A stretch of 64,000 bases of DNA, taken from positions 4,160,001-4,224,000 of the forward strand of contig OY969695.1 in assembly GCA_963701965.1 (NCBI GenBank). Direction: 5' to 3'. Source of the DNA: an uncultured Gemmatimonadales bacterium (GTDB lineage Bacteria > Gemmatimonadota > Gemmatimonadetes > Gemmatimonadales > Gemmatimonadaceae). The position numbers and the translations under genes are program-made. Positions 18,592-28,636 of the stretch are shown piece after piece. The notes beneath the pieces are model-generated. The model saw only the letters and a program-made list of their open reading frames with translations. It was not told the origin of the DNA and did not search any database. Within the stretch, counting starts at the first letter, position 1. Each line of letters starts with the position of its first letter.

Positions 18592-20081
18592 CCGGCCCCA
18601 TCCTCGCCGCGCGGAACATCGTGGTTCGGTACGGCGGCGTGGCGGCGCTGGCCGGGGTCGACTGCGACCTGGCGGCAGGCGAAGTGCATGCGCTGCTCGG
18701 CGAGAACGGCGCGGGGAAATCGACGCTCATGAAGGTCCTCGCCGGCGCCGTGCGCCCGGCCGCAGGCGCGCTGACCATCGATGGCGCCGCCGTCACGTTC
18801 CACTCCCCGCGCGATGCGCACGCGGCGGGCGTCCGCATGGTCCATCAGGAGCTCCGCCTGGTGCCGGCTTTGTCCGCGGCGGCGAATATCGTGCTGGGCC
18901 GCGAACCGCGGGCCCTGGGCTTTCGTATCGACCGGCGCGCCGCCCGCGCCACCGCCGCCGAGGCGCTGGCGCGACTCGGACCCGCGGGCGCCGCGATCAA
19001 TGTCGACACACCGGTCGCCGCGCTCTCCCTGGCGCAACGCCAGCTCGTGGAGATCGCCAAGGCGCTCGGCGCGGCGCGGATCCTGATCCTCGATGAGCCC
19101 ACCGCCGTGCTCTCGCCGCGCGAATGCAATGCGCTCTTCGAGACCATCGCGCGCCTGACGGCCGCGGGAGTCAGCGTGCTCTATACCACGCACCGCCTCG
19201 AGGAAGTCGAGCGCTTGGCCCACCGCGTCACGATTCTACGCGACGGCGCGCGCGTGGCGCACGGCCCGGCCGGCGGGTTCACGCGCCAGGCCATCATCGC
19301 CGACATGGTGGGACGGGAAACCACCCTGGCGCCCGCGCGGCGCCCCGCGCCCGCCAATGCGCCGCCGGTCCTGGTCGTCGAGCATCTCGCGGCGCCCGGC
19401 GTCGATGACGCCAGCCTCGTCGTGCGGGTCGGCGAGATCGTCGGTCTCGTCGGCCTCGTGGGCGCAGGGCGTACCGAACTGGCGCGGGCGATCGTGGGCG
19501 CGGCGCCAATCAGACGCGGCACGGTCACTCTCAGGGGAGCCCAGTATCGTCCGCGATCACCTCGCGACGCCGTCGAGAGGGGCATCGGCTACATCCCCGA
19601 AGATCGCGCTGGCGAGGCGCTCATCCCGACCGGATCGCTGCGCGCCAACCTCACGCTCCCCTCGCTCGGCGCATTGTCCCGGCTCGGCGTCACCGACGGG
19701 CGCGCCGAGCGACGGCTGACCCGCGAGTGGGTCGACCGATTGGCCATGCGCACCGCGTCGGTGGACGCGCCCGTGATGAGTCTGTCCGGCGGGACGCAGC
19801 AGAAAGTCGTGCTGGCCCGCTGGCTCGCCCGCCGTCCCCACGTGCTGATCGCCGACGAGCCGACCCGGGGCGTCGACGTCGGCGCCCGCGCCGAGATCTA
19901 CCGGGCACTGCGCGCCGCCGCGGGCGAAGGGGCCGGTGTCCTCGTGGTGACATCCGACCTCGAGGAAGCCCTGGCCCTCTGTGATCGCCTCGTCGTCATG
20001 CGCGAGGGCCGGGTCGTTGGAGCATTGTCCGGCGCCGACTGCACCGCGGCACGCGTCGGCACGCTCATGATGCCGGCGTAG
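18588..20081 (+). CDS. sugar ABC transporter ATP-binding protein (RbsA-like, two ATPase domains)
   Basis: GENGAGKSTL, ILDEPT, LSGGTQQK and DEPTRGVDVGA. Confidence 0.95.
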   Translation: MTGPILAARNIVVRYGGVAALAGVDCDLAAGEVHALLGENGAGKSTLMKVLAGAVRPAAGALTIDGAAVTFHSPRDAHAAGVRMVHQELRLVPALSAAANIVLGREPRALGFRIDRRAARATAAEALARLGPAGAAINVDTPVAALSLAQRQLVEIAKALGAARILILDEPTAVLSPRECNALFETIARLTAAGVSVLYTTHRLEEVERLAHRVTILRDGARVAHGPAGGFTRQAIIADMVGRETTLAPARRPAPANAPPVLVVEHLAAPGVDDASLVVRVGEIVGLVGLVGAGRTELARAIVGAAPIRRGTVTLRGAQYRPRSPRDAVERGIGYIPEDRAGEALIPTGSLRANLTLPSLGALSRLGVTDGRAERRLTREWVDRLAMRTASVDAPVMSLSGGTQQKVVLARWLARRPHVLIADEPTRGVDVGARAEIYRALRAAAGEGAGVLVVTSDLEEALALCDRLVVMREGRVVGALSGADCTAARVGTLMMPA

Positions 20082-20092
20082 GGCGCCTCGCC

Positions 20093-20974
20093 ATGCTCGC
20101 GACTTTTTTCTCCCTCGCCAATCTCATCAACGTCGCGTTGTCGGTGGCGATCGTCGGCATCATGTCGGTCGGGATGACGGCGGTGATCCTGACGGGTGGG
20201 ATCGATCTGTCGGTGGGTTCGGTCCTGGCGCTGTCCGGCGTGACGGCGGCCCTCACAGCGCACGGCCTCGCGCCCGTGCTGGGCGGAACGGGCGCCGCGT
20301 GCGCGGGCGTCGCCGCCGCCCTCGCGGTCGGCGCCTCCGCCGGACTGGTCAGCGCCGGCACGGTCGCGTACCTCAAGGTCCCGTCGTTCCTCGTGACGCT
20401 CGCGCTCTTGACCATCTGCCGCGGACTGGCATTCATCGTGTCCGGTGGCCGCTCCGTGGGTGACCTGCCCTCTGCATTCGACTGGCTCGGCCAGGGCACA
20501 GTGTTGGGGCTCCCGACGCCCGTGCTGCTGATGTTGGTGATCGTCGCCGGCGGTTGGTTCGTGCTCGCTCGAACGGTATGGGGCCGGTGGGTCTACGCGG
20601 CCGGCGGCAACGAGGAAGCCGCCTGGCTCGCCGGCGTTCGCACGCGCCGGGTGATCGCCTGGGTGTATATCGCCAACGGCATCCTGGCCGGTTTCGCGGG
20701 CGCGGTGCTCGCCGGCCGCTTGGGCGCCGGCGTGCCCAACGCGGGACTCCAATACGAGCTCAATGTGATCGCCGCCGTCGTCATTGGCGGCACGGCCCTC
20801 ACCGGGGGGCGGGGCAGTGTGCTGGGGACGTTGATTGGCGCCGTCTGCATCGGCGCCCTCACCAACGCGCTCAATCTCGCCAATGTCGACCCGGAGCTCC
20901 AACGGATCGTGGTTGGCCTCGTGATTCTCGGCGCCGTGGTCGCCGACCGGGTCCGCCAGCTGTTCAATGAGTAG
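20093..20974 (+). CDS. sugar ABC transporter permease (RbsC-like)
   Basis: GGIDLSVGS, GGNEEAA, YELNVIAAVVIGG and GGRGS. Confidence 0.93.
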   Translation: MLATFFSLANLINVALSVAIVGIMSVGMTAVILTGGIDLSVGSVLALSGVTAALTAHGLAPVLGGTGAACAGVAAALAVGASAGLVSAGTVAYLKVPSFLVTLALLTICRGLAFIVSGGRSVGDLPSAFDWLGQGTVLGLPTPVLLMLVIVAGGWFVLARTVWGRWVYAAGGNEEAAWLAGVRTRRVIAWVYIANGILAGFAGAVLAGRLGAGVPNAGLQYELNVIAAVVIGGTALTGGRGSVLGTLIGAVCIGALTNALNLANVDPELQRIVVGLVILGAVVADRVRQLFNE

Positions 20975-22733
20975 ATTCTTCCGCATGCTCCGACGAGCGA
21001 CCTTCGGCGTGGCGCTCTGTGGTTGGGCGGCGGCGGCGCCGGCCCAGGACGATGGCCAGTGGACGATCCCCGCGAAGGACTACGCGGCGACGCGGTTCAG
21101 CGGCCTGGCCACGATCACCCCGGCGAACGTGGGTCGTCTGCGCCCCGTGTGGACGTTCTCCACGGGCGTGCTCGGCGGACACGAGGGTCAGCCGCTGGTC
21201 GTCGGCTCCACGATGTACGTCGTCACGCCGTACCCAAACGTGCTGTATGCGTTCGACCTGACCAAGGACGGCTATCCGCTCAAGTGGAAGTACCGGCCGC
21301 CCGTGGACCAGAACGCCATCGGCATCGCCTGTTGCGATGCGGTGAATCGCGGCGCGGCGTACGCCAATGGCGCCATCGTCTACAACCTCCTCGACGGCCA
21401 CACAGTCGCCGTCGACGCGGCCTCCGGCAAAGAGCGGTGGCGGACGCAGATCGCCGATCTCTCGCAGGGCGAGACGACGCCAATGGCGCCGCTCATCATC
21501 AAGAACCGCGTCATCGTGGGCGCGTCGGGCGGCGAGTTCGGCATCCTGGGGTCGGTGAAGGCACTGGATCTGGCCACGGGCGCCATCGTGTGGACCGGAT
21601 CGAACCTGGGGCCGGACAGCGCCATGTTGGCGCGGCCGGGGAAGTTCACGTCGTTCTACGACAAGGGAGCCCAACTCGGTCTCACGAGCTGGCCCACCAA
21701 TGCGTGGAGGCATGGCGGTGCCCCGGTCTGGGGCTGGCTGTCGTACGACCCGGTCCTCGATCTGCTCTACTACGGCAGCGGAAACCCCGGGCCGTACAAT
21801 CCCGAGCAACGGCCGGGCGACAACAAGTGGACGGCGAGCGTTTTGGCGCGACACCCGCAGGACGGGGCGTTGGTCTGGGCCTATCAGTTCACACCCCACG
21901 ACGCGTGGGACTATGACGCCGCCGCCGAGATGGTGCTGGTCGACATCCCGATCGCGGGCCGCATGCGCCACGCGCTCGTGCACTTCGACAAGAACGGCTT
22001 TGCCTATACGCTGGATCGGGCGACCGGCGAGATCCTCGTGGCCGAACCCTACGTCGACGTCAATTGGGCCAAGCGCATCGATCGCGCGACCGGCCGACCG
22101 GTGGTCGACAGCAGCAAGGTCACGGGCGCCTCCAAGGGCAACGTCAAGGACATCTGCCCGACGCTCGAGGGAGGGAAGAGTCCGGCGTCGCCGGTGGCCT
22201 ACTCGCCGCGCACGAAGCTGTTCTATGCATCGACCAACAACATGTGCATGGACTACGCGGCGGCGCCGACGACGCACATTGCCGGCACGCCATTCATGGG
22301 TGTGAACAGCCCGTACCACGCGGGACGCGGTGGGCACCTCGGTGCCTTCATCGCCTGGGACGCCGCCCGCGGACGGCGCGTGTGGGAGATCGACGAGCGA
22401 TATCCCGTGTGGAGTGGGAGCCTGGCGACCGCCGGCAACGTCGTGTTCTACGGCACCCTCGACGGGTGGTTCAAGGCGGTCGATGCCACGACGGGGCGCC
22501 CACTCTGGAAGTTCAAGGTCGGATCGGGCATCGTCGGCAGTCCCATCACCTACACCGGTCCCGATGGCCGGCAGTATGTCGCGATCTATGCCGGGATCGG
22601 AGGTGACTGGTTGCTCCTCGCCGGAGACTATCGGTCGGACGATCCCGCGGACATCCGTGATCCGGCGGATTTCGTCAAAGACTTGGCGAGTCGCACGAGT
22701 CAGGGCGGCATGATCTGGATCTTTGCCCTATGA
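20967..22733 (+). CDS. PQQ-dependent alcohol dehydrogenase, methanol/ethanol family, with lanthanide-type DxD motif
   Basis: Signal peptide; CCDAVNRG vicinal Cys pair, GGEFG, GNPGP, WDYD and W-propeller repeats. Confidence 0.93.
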   Translation: MSRFFRMLRRATFGVALCGWAAAAPAQDDGQWTIPAKDYAATRFSGLATITPANVGRLRPVWTFSTGVLGGHEGQPLVVGSTMYVVTPYPNVLYAFDLTKDGYPLKWKYRPPVDQNAIGIACCDAVNRGAAYANGAIVYNLLDGHTVAVDAASGKERWRTQIADLSQGETTPMAPLIIKNRVIVGASGGEFGILGSVKALDLATGAIVWTGSNLGPDSAMLARPGKFTSFYDKGAQLGLTSWPTNAWRHGGAPVWGWLSYDPVLDLLYYGSGNPGPYNPEQRPGDNKWTASVLARHPQDGALVWAYQFTPHDAWDYDAAAEMVLVDIPIAGRMRHALVHFDKNGFAYTLDRATGEILVAEPYVDVNWAKRIDRATGRPVVDSSKVTGASKGNVKDICPTLEGGKSPASPVAYSPRTKLFYASTNNMCMDYAAAPTTHIAGTPFMGVNSPYHAGRGGHLGAFIAWDAARGRRVWEIDERYPVWSGSLATAGNVVFYGTLDGWFKAVDATTGRPLWKFKVGSGIVGSPITYTGPDGRQYVAIYAGIGGDWLLLAGDYRSDDPADIRDPADFVKDLASRTSQGGMIWIFAL

Positions 22734-23173
22734 CGGCTCGCCTCCCGGTCTTGTTGACGATCGCCGCGATCAGTTGCCGCGGCAACGCTCCACCCGAGCA
22801 CGCTGGTGGACCTCCGGCGATTCGCTCCGAGGATCGGGTGTTCGTGGGCGGCGCGGCCCCTCCGGCAACGACCCTGATCAATCCAGTGGTCGCCGACGCC
22901 AGGACCGTCGCCGAGGGCCGCCAACTCTTCACGGGGATGAACTGCGACGGATGCCACGGCGCCGATGCCGTCGGGGCGGTGGGCCCGAGCCTGACGGCCC
23001 GGCGTTGGCGCTACGGCGGGACCGACGCCGAGATCTTCCAATCGATCTTCTATGGCCGTCCGCGCGGGATGCCGGCGTTCGGCGGGGCGTTGCCGCCCGA
23101 CGTGATCTGGACGCTCGTGACCTACATCAAGTCGCTGCCGCCGCCGGCGGATGCGCCGACGGAGGCGTGGTAG
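22730..23173 (+). CDS. monoheme cytochrome c lipoprotein (cytochrome cL/XoxG-like partner)
   Basis: CDGCH heme motif; GPSL, WRYGG and GMPAF; ATGA overlap with the dehydrogenase stop. Confidence 0.9.
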   Translation: MTARLPVLLTIAAISCRGNAPPEHAGGPPAIRSEDRVFVGGAAPPATTLINPVVADARTVAEGRQLFTGMNCDGCHGADAVGAVGPSLTARRWRYGGTDAEIFQSIFYGRPRGMPAFGGALPPDVIWTLVTYIKSLPPPADAPTEAW

Positions 23174-24697
23174 CCGCGAGCGCCCCGAGCGCCGCGTCTT
23201 TTCGCGCCGCGGCCAGCGCGCGCACTTGGGCCGATTGCTCTTCCGTGAATTGCGGTGTCGGCACGCAATCAAACGCGCGCGCCGCGTGCGCCGTGCGCTC
23301 CACCGCGTCGCGCAGCGCGTCGCGTCCGGACAGCCGGAACGACACCGCCGATAGAGGTCCGAACAGGAGGGCGCGCGCCAGATCGGGCCAGCGCGTGACC
23401 TCGGGCTCGATGCCCGCTTCACGCGCGAACGCGACCGCCATCACGTGCATGGCCAGCGGGGCGCCGGATGGTGGGCCACCGGCGGCGGCGATGGCCGCTC
23501 GCATGTCGGCGTCCGGTGCCATCGGGCACGCGTCGCTCCACGCATAGGCGATCCATCGCGCCTGTTGTTCGACCATGGGGAAGAACGGGCCGACGGTGTG
23601 CATCAGCCCGACCAGCGCCAAGCCGGGGGCGTCCGGGTGAAAGGTGTTCCGGTAGGTGTTGGTCGCGACTTCGTTCGCTCCCAGGGTCTCCCGGAGGTCG
23701 GGACTCAAGAAGTCGAGATCAAGCGCATAGCCGGTGCCCAGCACGATCGCGTCGAACTCGGCCTCGCTCCCATCGGCGAATCGCACGATGGATCCTTCCA
23801 CCGCCGTGATCCACGGCTTGAGCTCGAATGCGCGTTTCGGCGACTAACGGAAGAAACGTCTGCGACAGCGCGATCCCGGCGTCCAGCACACTCTCCGCGG
23901 GCCGCGGCGCGCCGTACTGCTCCGGATTTCCGAAGCGCCGGATGATGAATTCCTTGAGTGACTGCGCGCTCGCGCCCGGCGGAAACGACTCATTGGCCAG
24001 CGCGGCGAACCGCGTGAACGCCAGAATGGTCCACGGGCATACCCGCGGTCATCTTCTGCACGATGTAGCGTTGGCGGCGGTTCGTCGATACCACGCGGGC
24101 GGCGCCGAGCATCGCCAGGTCGCTCGCCACCTCCAGCGCACTGATCGCGCAGCCGGCCACCAACACGCGCTGGCCGCGGTAGCGCTCCGGTTCCTTGTAG
24201 GCGAACGTGTGGGCGACGCTACCCTTGCCGGGGAAGGTGGCCAGTCCCGGCACCGCCGGGATCGACGGCTTGTGATAGCGGCCCGTGGCCACGACGACGC
24301 GCTCGAACCACTCGTCGCGGACGACGCCATCGGGGCCGCGGGAACGCACGGCGTAGCCACCGGACCCGCGGGCGATCGTCTCCACGCGCGTTCCCAAACG
24401 GGCCGACGACAGGATGTCGAACTGCTCCGCGTAGCGTTGCAGGTAATCCCGCACCGTCTGATTGGTCGGGTAGATCCCCACGCGGGGATCGTGGGCCAGA
24501 TCGCTGAACGCCGTCATCACGCGGCTCGTGTTGGCCCGCATCCCGGGCCACACGCCGCTGGTGATTGGATCGGCCGACCATTGTCCGCCGATCCGTTTCG
24601 CCTGTTCGAACAGCACCGGATCGAAGCCTTGAGACTTGAGGTACCGGGCGGCCACCAGGCCGCCCGGTCCCCCGCCGACGATCGCGACGTCAGCCAT
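23127..24697 (-). pseudogene. flavin-containing monooxygenase (FMO-like), two +1 frameshifts (about 24026 and 23828)
   Basis: GGGPGG, VVATGRY, HTFAYK, GCAISA and DAIVLGTGY; removing one base at each site gives a continuous ORF. Confidence 0.85.
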
Positions 24698-24711
24698 CCT
24701 GAATCATAGCC

Positions 24712-25268
24712 CTACTGGATCTGGCGCGTAAACCGGATGAACCACACCTCGTTGTGGTCGATGGCGCCGTTGCGGGCCGGCCGAGTCTTCTGCGCGATGC
24801 CGTTGTTCGGACCGTCGGTGATGCCGAAGTCGTCGTCATTGGAAACCGCGATCGTGTTGCGGTCGACGACCGTCACGCCCTCGAGCTTGTCGTGCGGGTA
24901 GCCGAGCGGCAGCAGGTCGACGAACAGTTGCTTGGCGACCGATCGGCGAGGAAGTTGTCGTCGCGCTCGATGACCAGGAACCGGCCGTCGTGGCCGTTCG
25001 TGACCTGCTCGATCTCGTTCACACCGTACTTCGGCTGCCGGCGCCGTCGAAGTTCGGCCCACGGTCGGCGAGCAAGTAGTATTCATCGTTCCGGAATGGC
25101 GACTTGTCGAGCGCGGATCCAAAGCCGCCGTTGAAGACCGAGACGCCATTCACGGTGGCGATGACCGTGTTGGGCAGGGCCGGGAAGATGTCGACGTGCG
25201 CCACCGTCGGCGTTTGCAGTCCTTGCACAGGCAAACAGCTGGAGCATGACGCGACGAGATGCAAACAT
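24712..25268 (-). pseudogene. esterase-like phytase-domain gene remnant with internal deletions
   Basis: Three out-of-frame blocks: GGFGSAL...LADRGPN, FLVIERD and DKLEG...VSNDDDFGI. Confidence 0.7.
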
Positions 25269-25434
25269 GCGAGCAACTCCTCGACAAAATGGGAATCGGA
25301 CGGGGCGGTAACGCGACCGCCGGCGCGCAGCCAAGAAAGCCGGCGGGATGCCGGTTGCGGTTTCATTCCTGCAACGGCCCCGTCACGGTGGACGTAGTAA
25401 CGGAAGGGCCCGCTCGAGCGTGTCTCCAGGAGTG

Positions 25435-25851
25435 ATGCGACCACCGATGTACAGCGGCAGCGGCGGGTTGCTCATCGTCGACGACGAACCCGTCGTCCTC
25501 ACGTCCCTCTCGGCGCTTTTCCGCCGGCGGGGCTACGACGTGCTGGCGGCCTCCAGCGGCGCGGCGGCGATGACCATCCTGCGGCGCCAACCCGTCGACG
25601 GCATGTTGATCGACTTCCGGTTGCCCGACATGCGCGGCAATGTGCTGTTCGCCGCGGCAGTGGCCATTCAGGGGCATCTCCGCGCGCGGACGATCTTCAT
25701 CACGGGCGACGTGACGGTGGCCGTGACCGAGGCGCTGGCGGACATTCACTGCCCAATCGTGCTCAAGCCTTTTGACCTGCCCGAGCTCGAACGAATGGTG
25801 TCCACAACGATCGGAGCTGCCGCCATGCGCCCGGCGCGGGACGGCCCCTAG
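25435..25851 (+). CDS. single-domain response regulator (receiver)
   Basis: LIVDDEP, acceptor Asp in LIDFRLPD, FITG and LKPF. Confidence 0.88.
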   Translation: MRPPMYSGSGGLLIVDDEPVVLTSLSALFRRRGYDVLAASSGAAAMTILRRQPVDGMLIDFRLPDMRGNVLFAAAVAIQGHLRARTIFITGDVTVAVTEALADIHCPIVLKPFDLPELERMVSTTIGAAAMRPARDGP

Positions 25852-25904
25852 CGTTCGGACTCCCAAGGCTGGCGGAGACGGGGGCAAGACGATAGCGTGT
25901 AACC

Positions 25905-26780
25905 ATGTCCGAAACCGGGTCCGCGGTGTCGCTCACCGACCGCGCGCCGCGCGACGACGAGATCGACTTTTTCGGCCTGACGCACGCCGGGAAGACGCGC
26001 ACGATCAATCAGGACCACTTCCTGGTGTGTTCGATCCGGAAGGCCGTTCAGGTCCATCTCACCAGCCTGCCCACGCTCGATCGCCTCGTCCTCGAGCCCG
26101 AGCGGGTCGCGATGGTCGCCATGGTCGCTGACGGCGTGGGCGGCGGTCCCATGGGCGAGGAAGCCAGCCGCTTCGCCGTGGAAGCCGTCGCTCAGTACGT
26201 CGCGCGATCCATCCGGTGCTGCGCGACCATCCCTGACGGGATGAGCGACGAGTTCGCGCACACGCTCGAGGACGCGGCGCGCGAATGCCACGACACGATC
26301 GTCCGCCAAGCGGAGGACAATCCGGCGTTCGCGGGCATGGCGACGACGCTGACGATGTGGATCGGCATGTGGCCGCGGTCGTACCTGCTACACGTCGGCG
26401 ACAGCCGCTGCTATGTCCTGCGCGACGGCGATCTGATCCAGCTCTCGCGCGACCAGACGATGGCCCAGGAGTTGATCGACATCGGCGTGCTCACGCGTAC
26501 CGAGGCCTATCGCACGCGCTGGGTCAATATGCTGTCCAGCTCGATCGGCGGACCGCAGACGACTCCCGTGGTCAGCTCGCTCTCGCAGGTCTGGGGCACG
26601 GTGGGACTGCTGTGCAGTGACGGCCTCACGAAGCATGTGACCGACGCCCGCATTCGCGAGCGCCTGTCGACCATGACGTCCACACGTCAGGTGTGCGAAG
26701 ATCTGGTGCAAGACGCGTTGGATGGCGGCGGCAGCGACAACATCACGGTAGTCGTCGGGCGCACAGTGCGGCGAGACTGA
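25905..26780 (+). CDS. PP2C-family Ser/Thr protein phosphatase
   Basis: NQDHF, VADGVGG, HVGDSRCY, LCSDGL and GGSDNIT. Confidence 0.95.
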   Translation: MSETGSAVSLTDRAPRDDEIDFFGLTHAGKTRTINQDHFLVCSIRKAVQVHLTSLPTLDRLVLEPERVAMVAMVADGVGGGPMGEEASRFAVEAVAQYVARSIRCCATIPDGMSDEFAHTLEDAARECHDTIVRQAEDNPAFAGMATTLTMWIGMWPRSYLLHVGDSRCYVLRDGDLIQLSRDQTMAQELIDIGVLTRTEAYRTRWVNMLSSSIGGPQTTPVVSSLSQVWGTVGLLCSDGLTKHVTDARIRERLSTMTSTRQVCEDLVQDALDGGGSDNITVVVGRTVRRD

Positions 26781-26803
26781 GCCACCGCCGCCATCACACT
26801 ACG

Positions 26804-27574
26804 CTAGTGGGGGCCGGGACCGCCCCCGTGACCGCGACCGTGGCGATGGTCGTCCTCGAACGCCTGGAACGACCGCGTGATGTTATCGGTGACGACCTGC
26901 TGATTCGGTCCGCCGGGGTCGGCGGTCGATGGGTTGATCAGGGCGCCCGACCGATTGACGAACCACGTGCTCAAGTCGACGTGCACGGTGATGTTGGTCG
27001 TACTGTCGGCCACCGCCAGCGGCGGGTTGAACGACAGCTCGATCTTGGCGTGCGGCGTGCCAGTGTAGGTGAACGGCTGCCCATCGAATGTTCCCATCAC
27101 TTGCACGCTGGCTCCCGCGATGTCCGGCGGCGCGGCGAGCAAGCTCGACGATGCCAGGCGCGCTTCGAGCGCGCGGTAGTTGCCGGGCGGAATGTGCAAC
27201 GTCAGCGAGGTCACCACCGTCGTGTCGGTCGGCAACTGCACGACCATCGGCGACACTTCGAGCTTGTCGCAATCGTCGTGATCCATCGCCTGATTGTTAT
27301 CGTCGCCGGAATCCACGTCGGCGCACGCCATCATGCCGGCCTGCGCCAGCTCGATGTGGGACAGCACGATCTCCGCACTGGTGATGGTCAGACGGTCGGC
27401 GCCCGAGGCGATCACACTGGCGGAGCCGACGCCCGCGGGGCGCGTGGCAAACGCCAGGCTGACGGTATTGCCTGATGACGCGGGGGCGCTCGCGTCCTTC
27501 CCACATCCCACCAACGCGATGGCGGCCAACGCCATCGCGTGGAGCCCGTAGTGTCCCGGATTACGTATTGTCAT
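26804..27574 (-). CDS. putative lipoprotein (DUF4382-like beta-sandwich)
   Basis: Lipobox LVGC; PPGNYRALE motif. Confidence 0.65.
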   Translation of the reverse strand: MTIRNPGHYGLHAMALAAIALVGCGKDASAPASSGNTVSLAFATRPAGVGSASVIASGADRLTITSAEIVLSHIELAQAGMMACADVDSGDDNNQAMDHDDCDKLEVSPMVVQLPTDTTVVTSLTLHIPPGNYRALEARLASSSLLAAPPDIAGASVQVMGTFDGQPFTYTGTPHAKIELSFNPPLAVADSTTNITVHVDLSTWFVNRSGALINPSTADPGGPNQQVVTDNITRSFQAFEDDHRHGRGHGGGPGPH

Positions 27575-27707
27575 GCCTGTGAATATGGAACGTCTTCGCG
27601 CCGTGGCGACCGATGCGGGGTCAATGACCAATGCCCGGTGGTGAGTCCACGGTCTGGCGAGTTCGTCATCGAATCGGACACATTTGGCTGTGATGTGGAT
27701 CACATTG

Positions 27708-28631
27708 ATGCGTGTCATTGATTCTCACACCGAAGGCGAGCCCACGCGCGTCGTTATGGAAGGCTGGCCGCAGCCAACCGGCGCGACAATGGCGGAACGC
27801 CGTGAGACGGTGCGGCGCCAGTACGATCATTTGCGCCGCGGCGTGCTGTGCGAGCCGCGCGGTCATGATGCGCTCGTCGGCGCGCTGCTGACGCCGCCCG
27901 TCACGCCGGGTTCGGCCGCTGGTGTCATTTTCTTCAACAACGTCGGCTATCTGGGCATGTGCGGGCACGGCACGATCGGCGTCGTGCGGACGCTCGCCCA
28001 TCTCGGACGCATTCAACCGGGGCCAGTCCGACTCGACACGCCGGTCGGGACAGTGAGCGCCCAGTTGGGGGACGATGGCGCCGTGACGGTGCGGAACGTC
28101 GCGGCGCGCTGTCACGCGCGCGACGTCGCGGTCACCGTTCCCGGTATCGGGCGCGTGGTTGGCGACATCGCGTATGGCGGCAACTGGTTCTTCATCACGC
28201 ATCTGGATGAGCCGCCGCTCGTCCTGTCGCGCCAGGCCGAGCTGAGCCGCGCCACGATGGCCATCATGGACGCGCTGCGCGTGCAGGGGATCCGGGGCGA
28301 TGGCGGAGCGGACATCGATCACGTGGAGTTGTCGGGACCGCCGGCGCGCGCCGATGCGGATAGCCGGAACTTCGTGATGTGCCCAGGAGGCGCCTACGAC
28401 CGCTCGCCGTGCGGCACGGGCACGTCGGCAAAGCTGGCCGTCATGCACGCGCGACACCAGCTGGCGGTCGGACAGCGCTATCGGCAAGAGAGCATCACTG
28501 GCAGTCTCTTCATTGGATGGCTCGACGAGCAGGCGGGGGAGTTGGTGCCGAACATTTGTGGACGGGCATTCATCACCGGCGAAACGCTCTTGCATTTCGA
28601 TCCGTCGGATCCCTTCAGCGCGGGATTCTGA
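27708..28631 (+). CDS. 4-hydroxyproline 2-epimerase / proline racemase family
   Basis: IDSHTEGEPTR, EPRGH, MCGHG and DRSPCGTGTSA (Cys/Cys catalytic pair). Confidence 0.93.
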   Translation: MRVIDSHTEGEPTRVVMEGWPQPTGATMAERRETVRRQYDHLRRGVLCEPRGHDALVGALLTPPVTPGSAAGVIFFNNVGYLGMCGHGTIGVVRTLAHLGRIQPGPVRLDTPVGTVSAQLGDDGAVTVRNVAARCHARDVAVTVPGIGRVVGDIAYGGNWFFITHLDEPPLVLSRQAELSRATMAIMDALRVQGIRGDGGADIDHVELSGPPARADADSRNFVMCPGGAYDRSPCGTGTSAKLAVMHARHQLAVGQRYRQESITGSLFIGWLDEQAGELVPNICGRAFITGETLLHFDPSDPFSAGF

Positions 28632-28636
28632 GGCCG

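Noticed and set aside
25270..25434. Hairpins upstream of the response regulator as a riboswitch
   Set aside because: Two stems can form, but I recognise no cobalamin, TPP, SAM or c-di-GMP consensus, and such stems are expected at this GC content; an Rfam scan would settle it.
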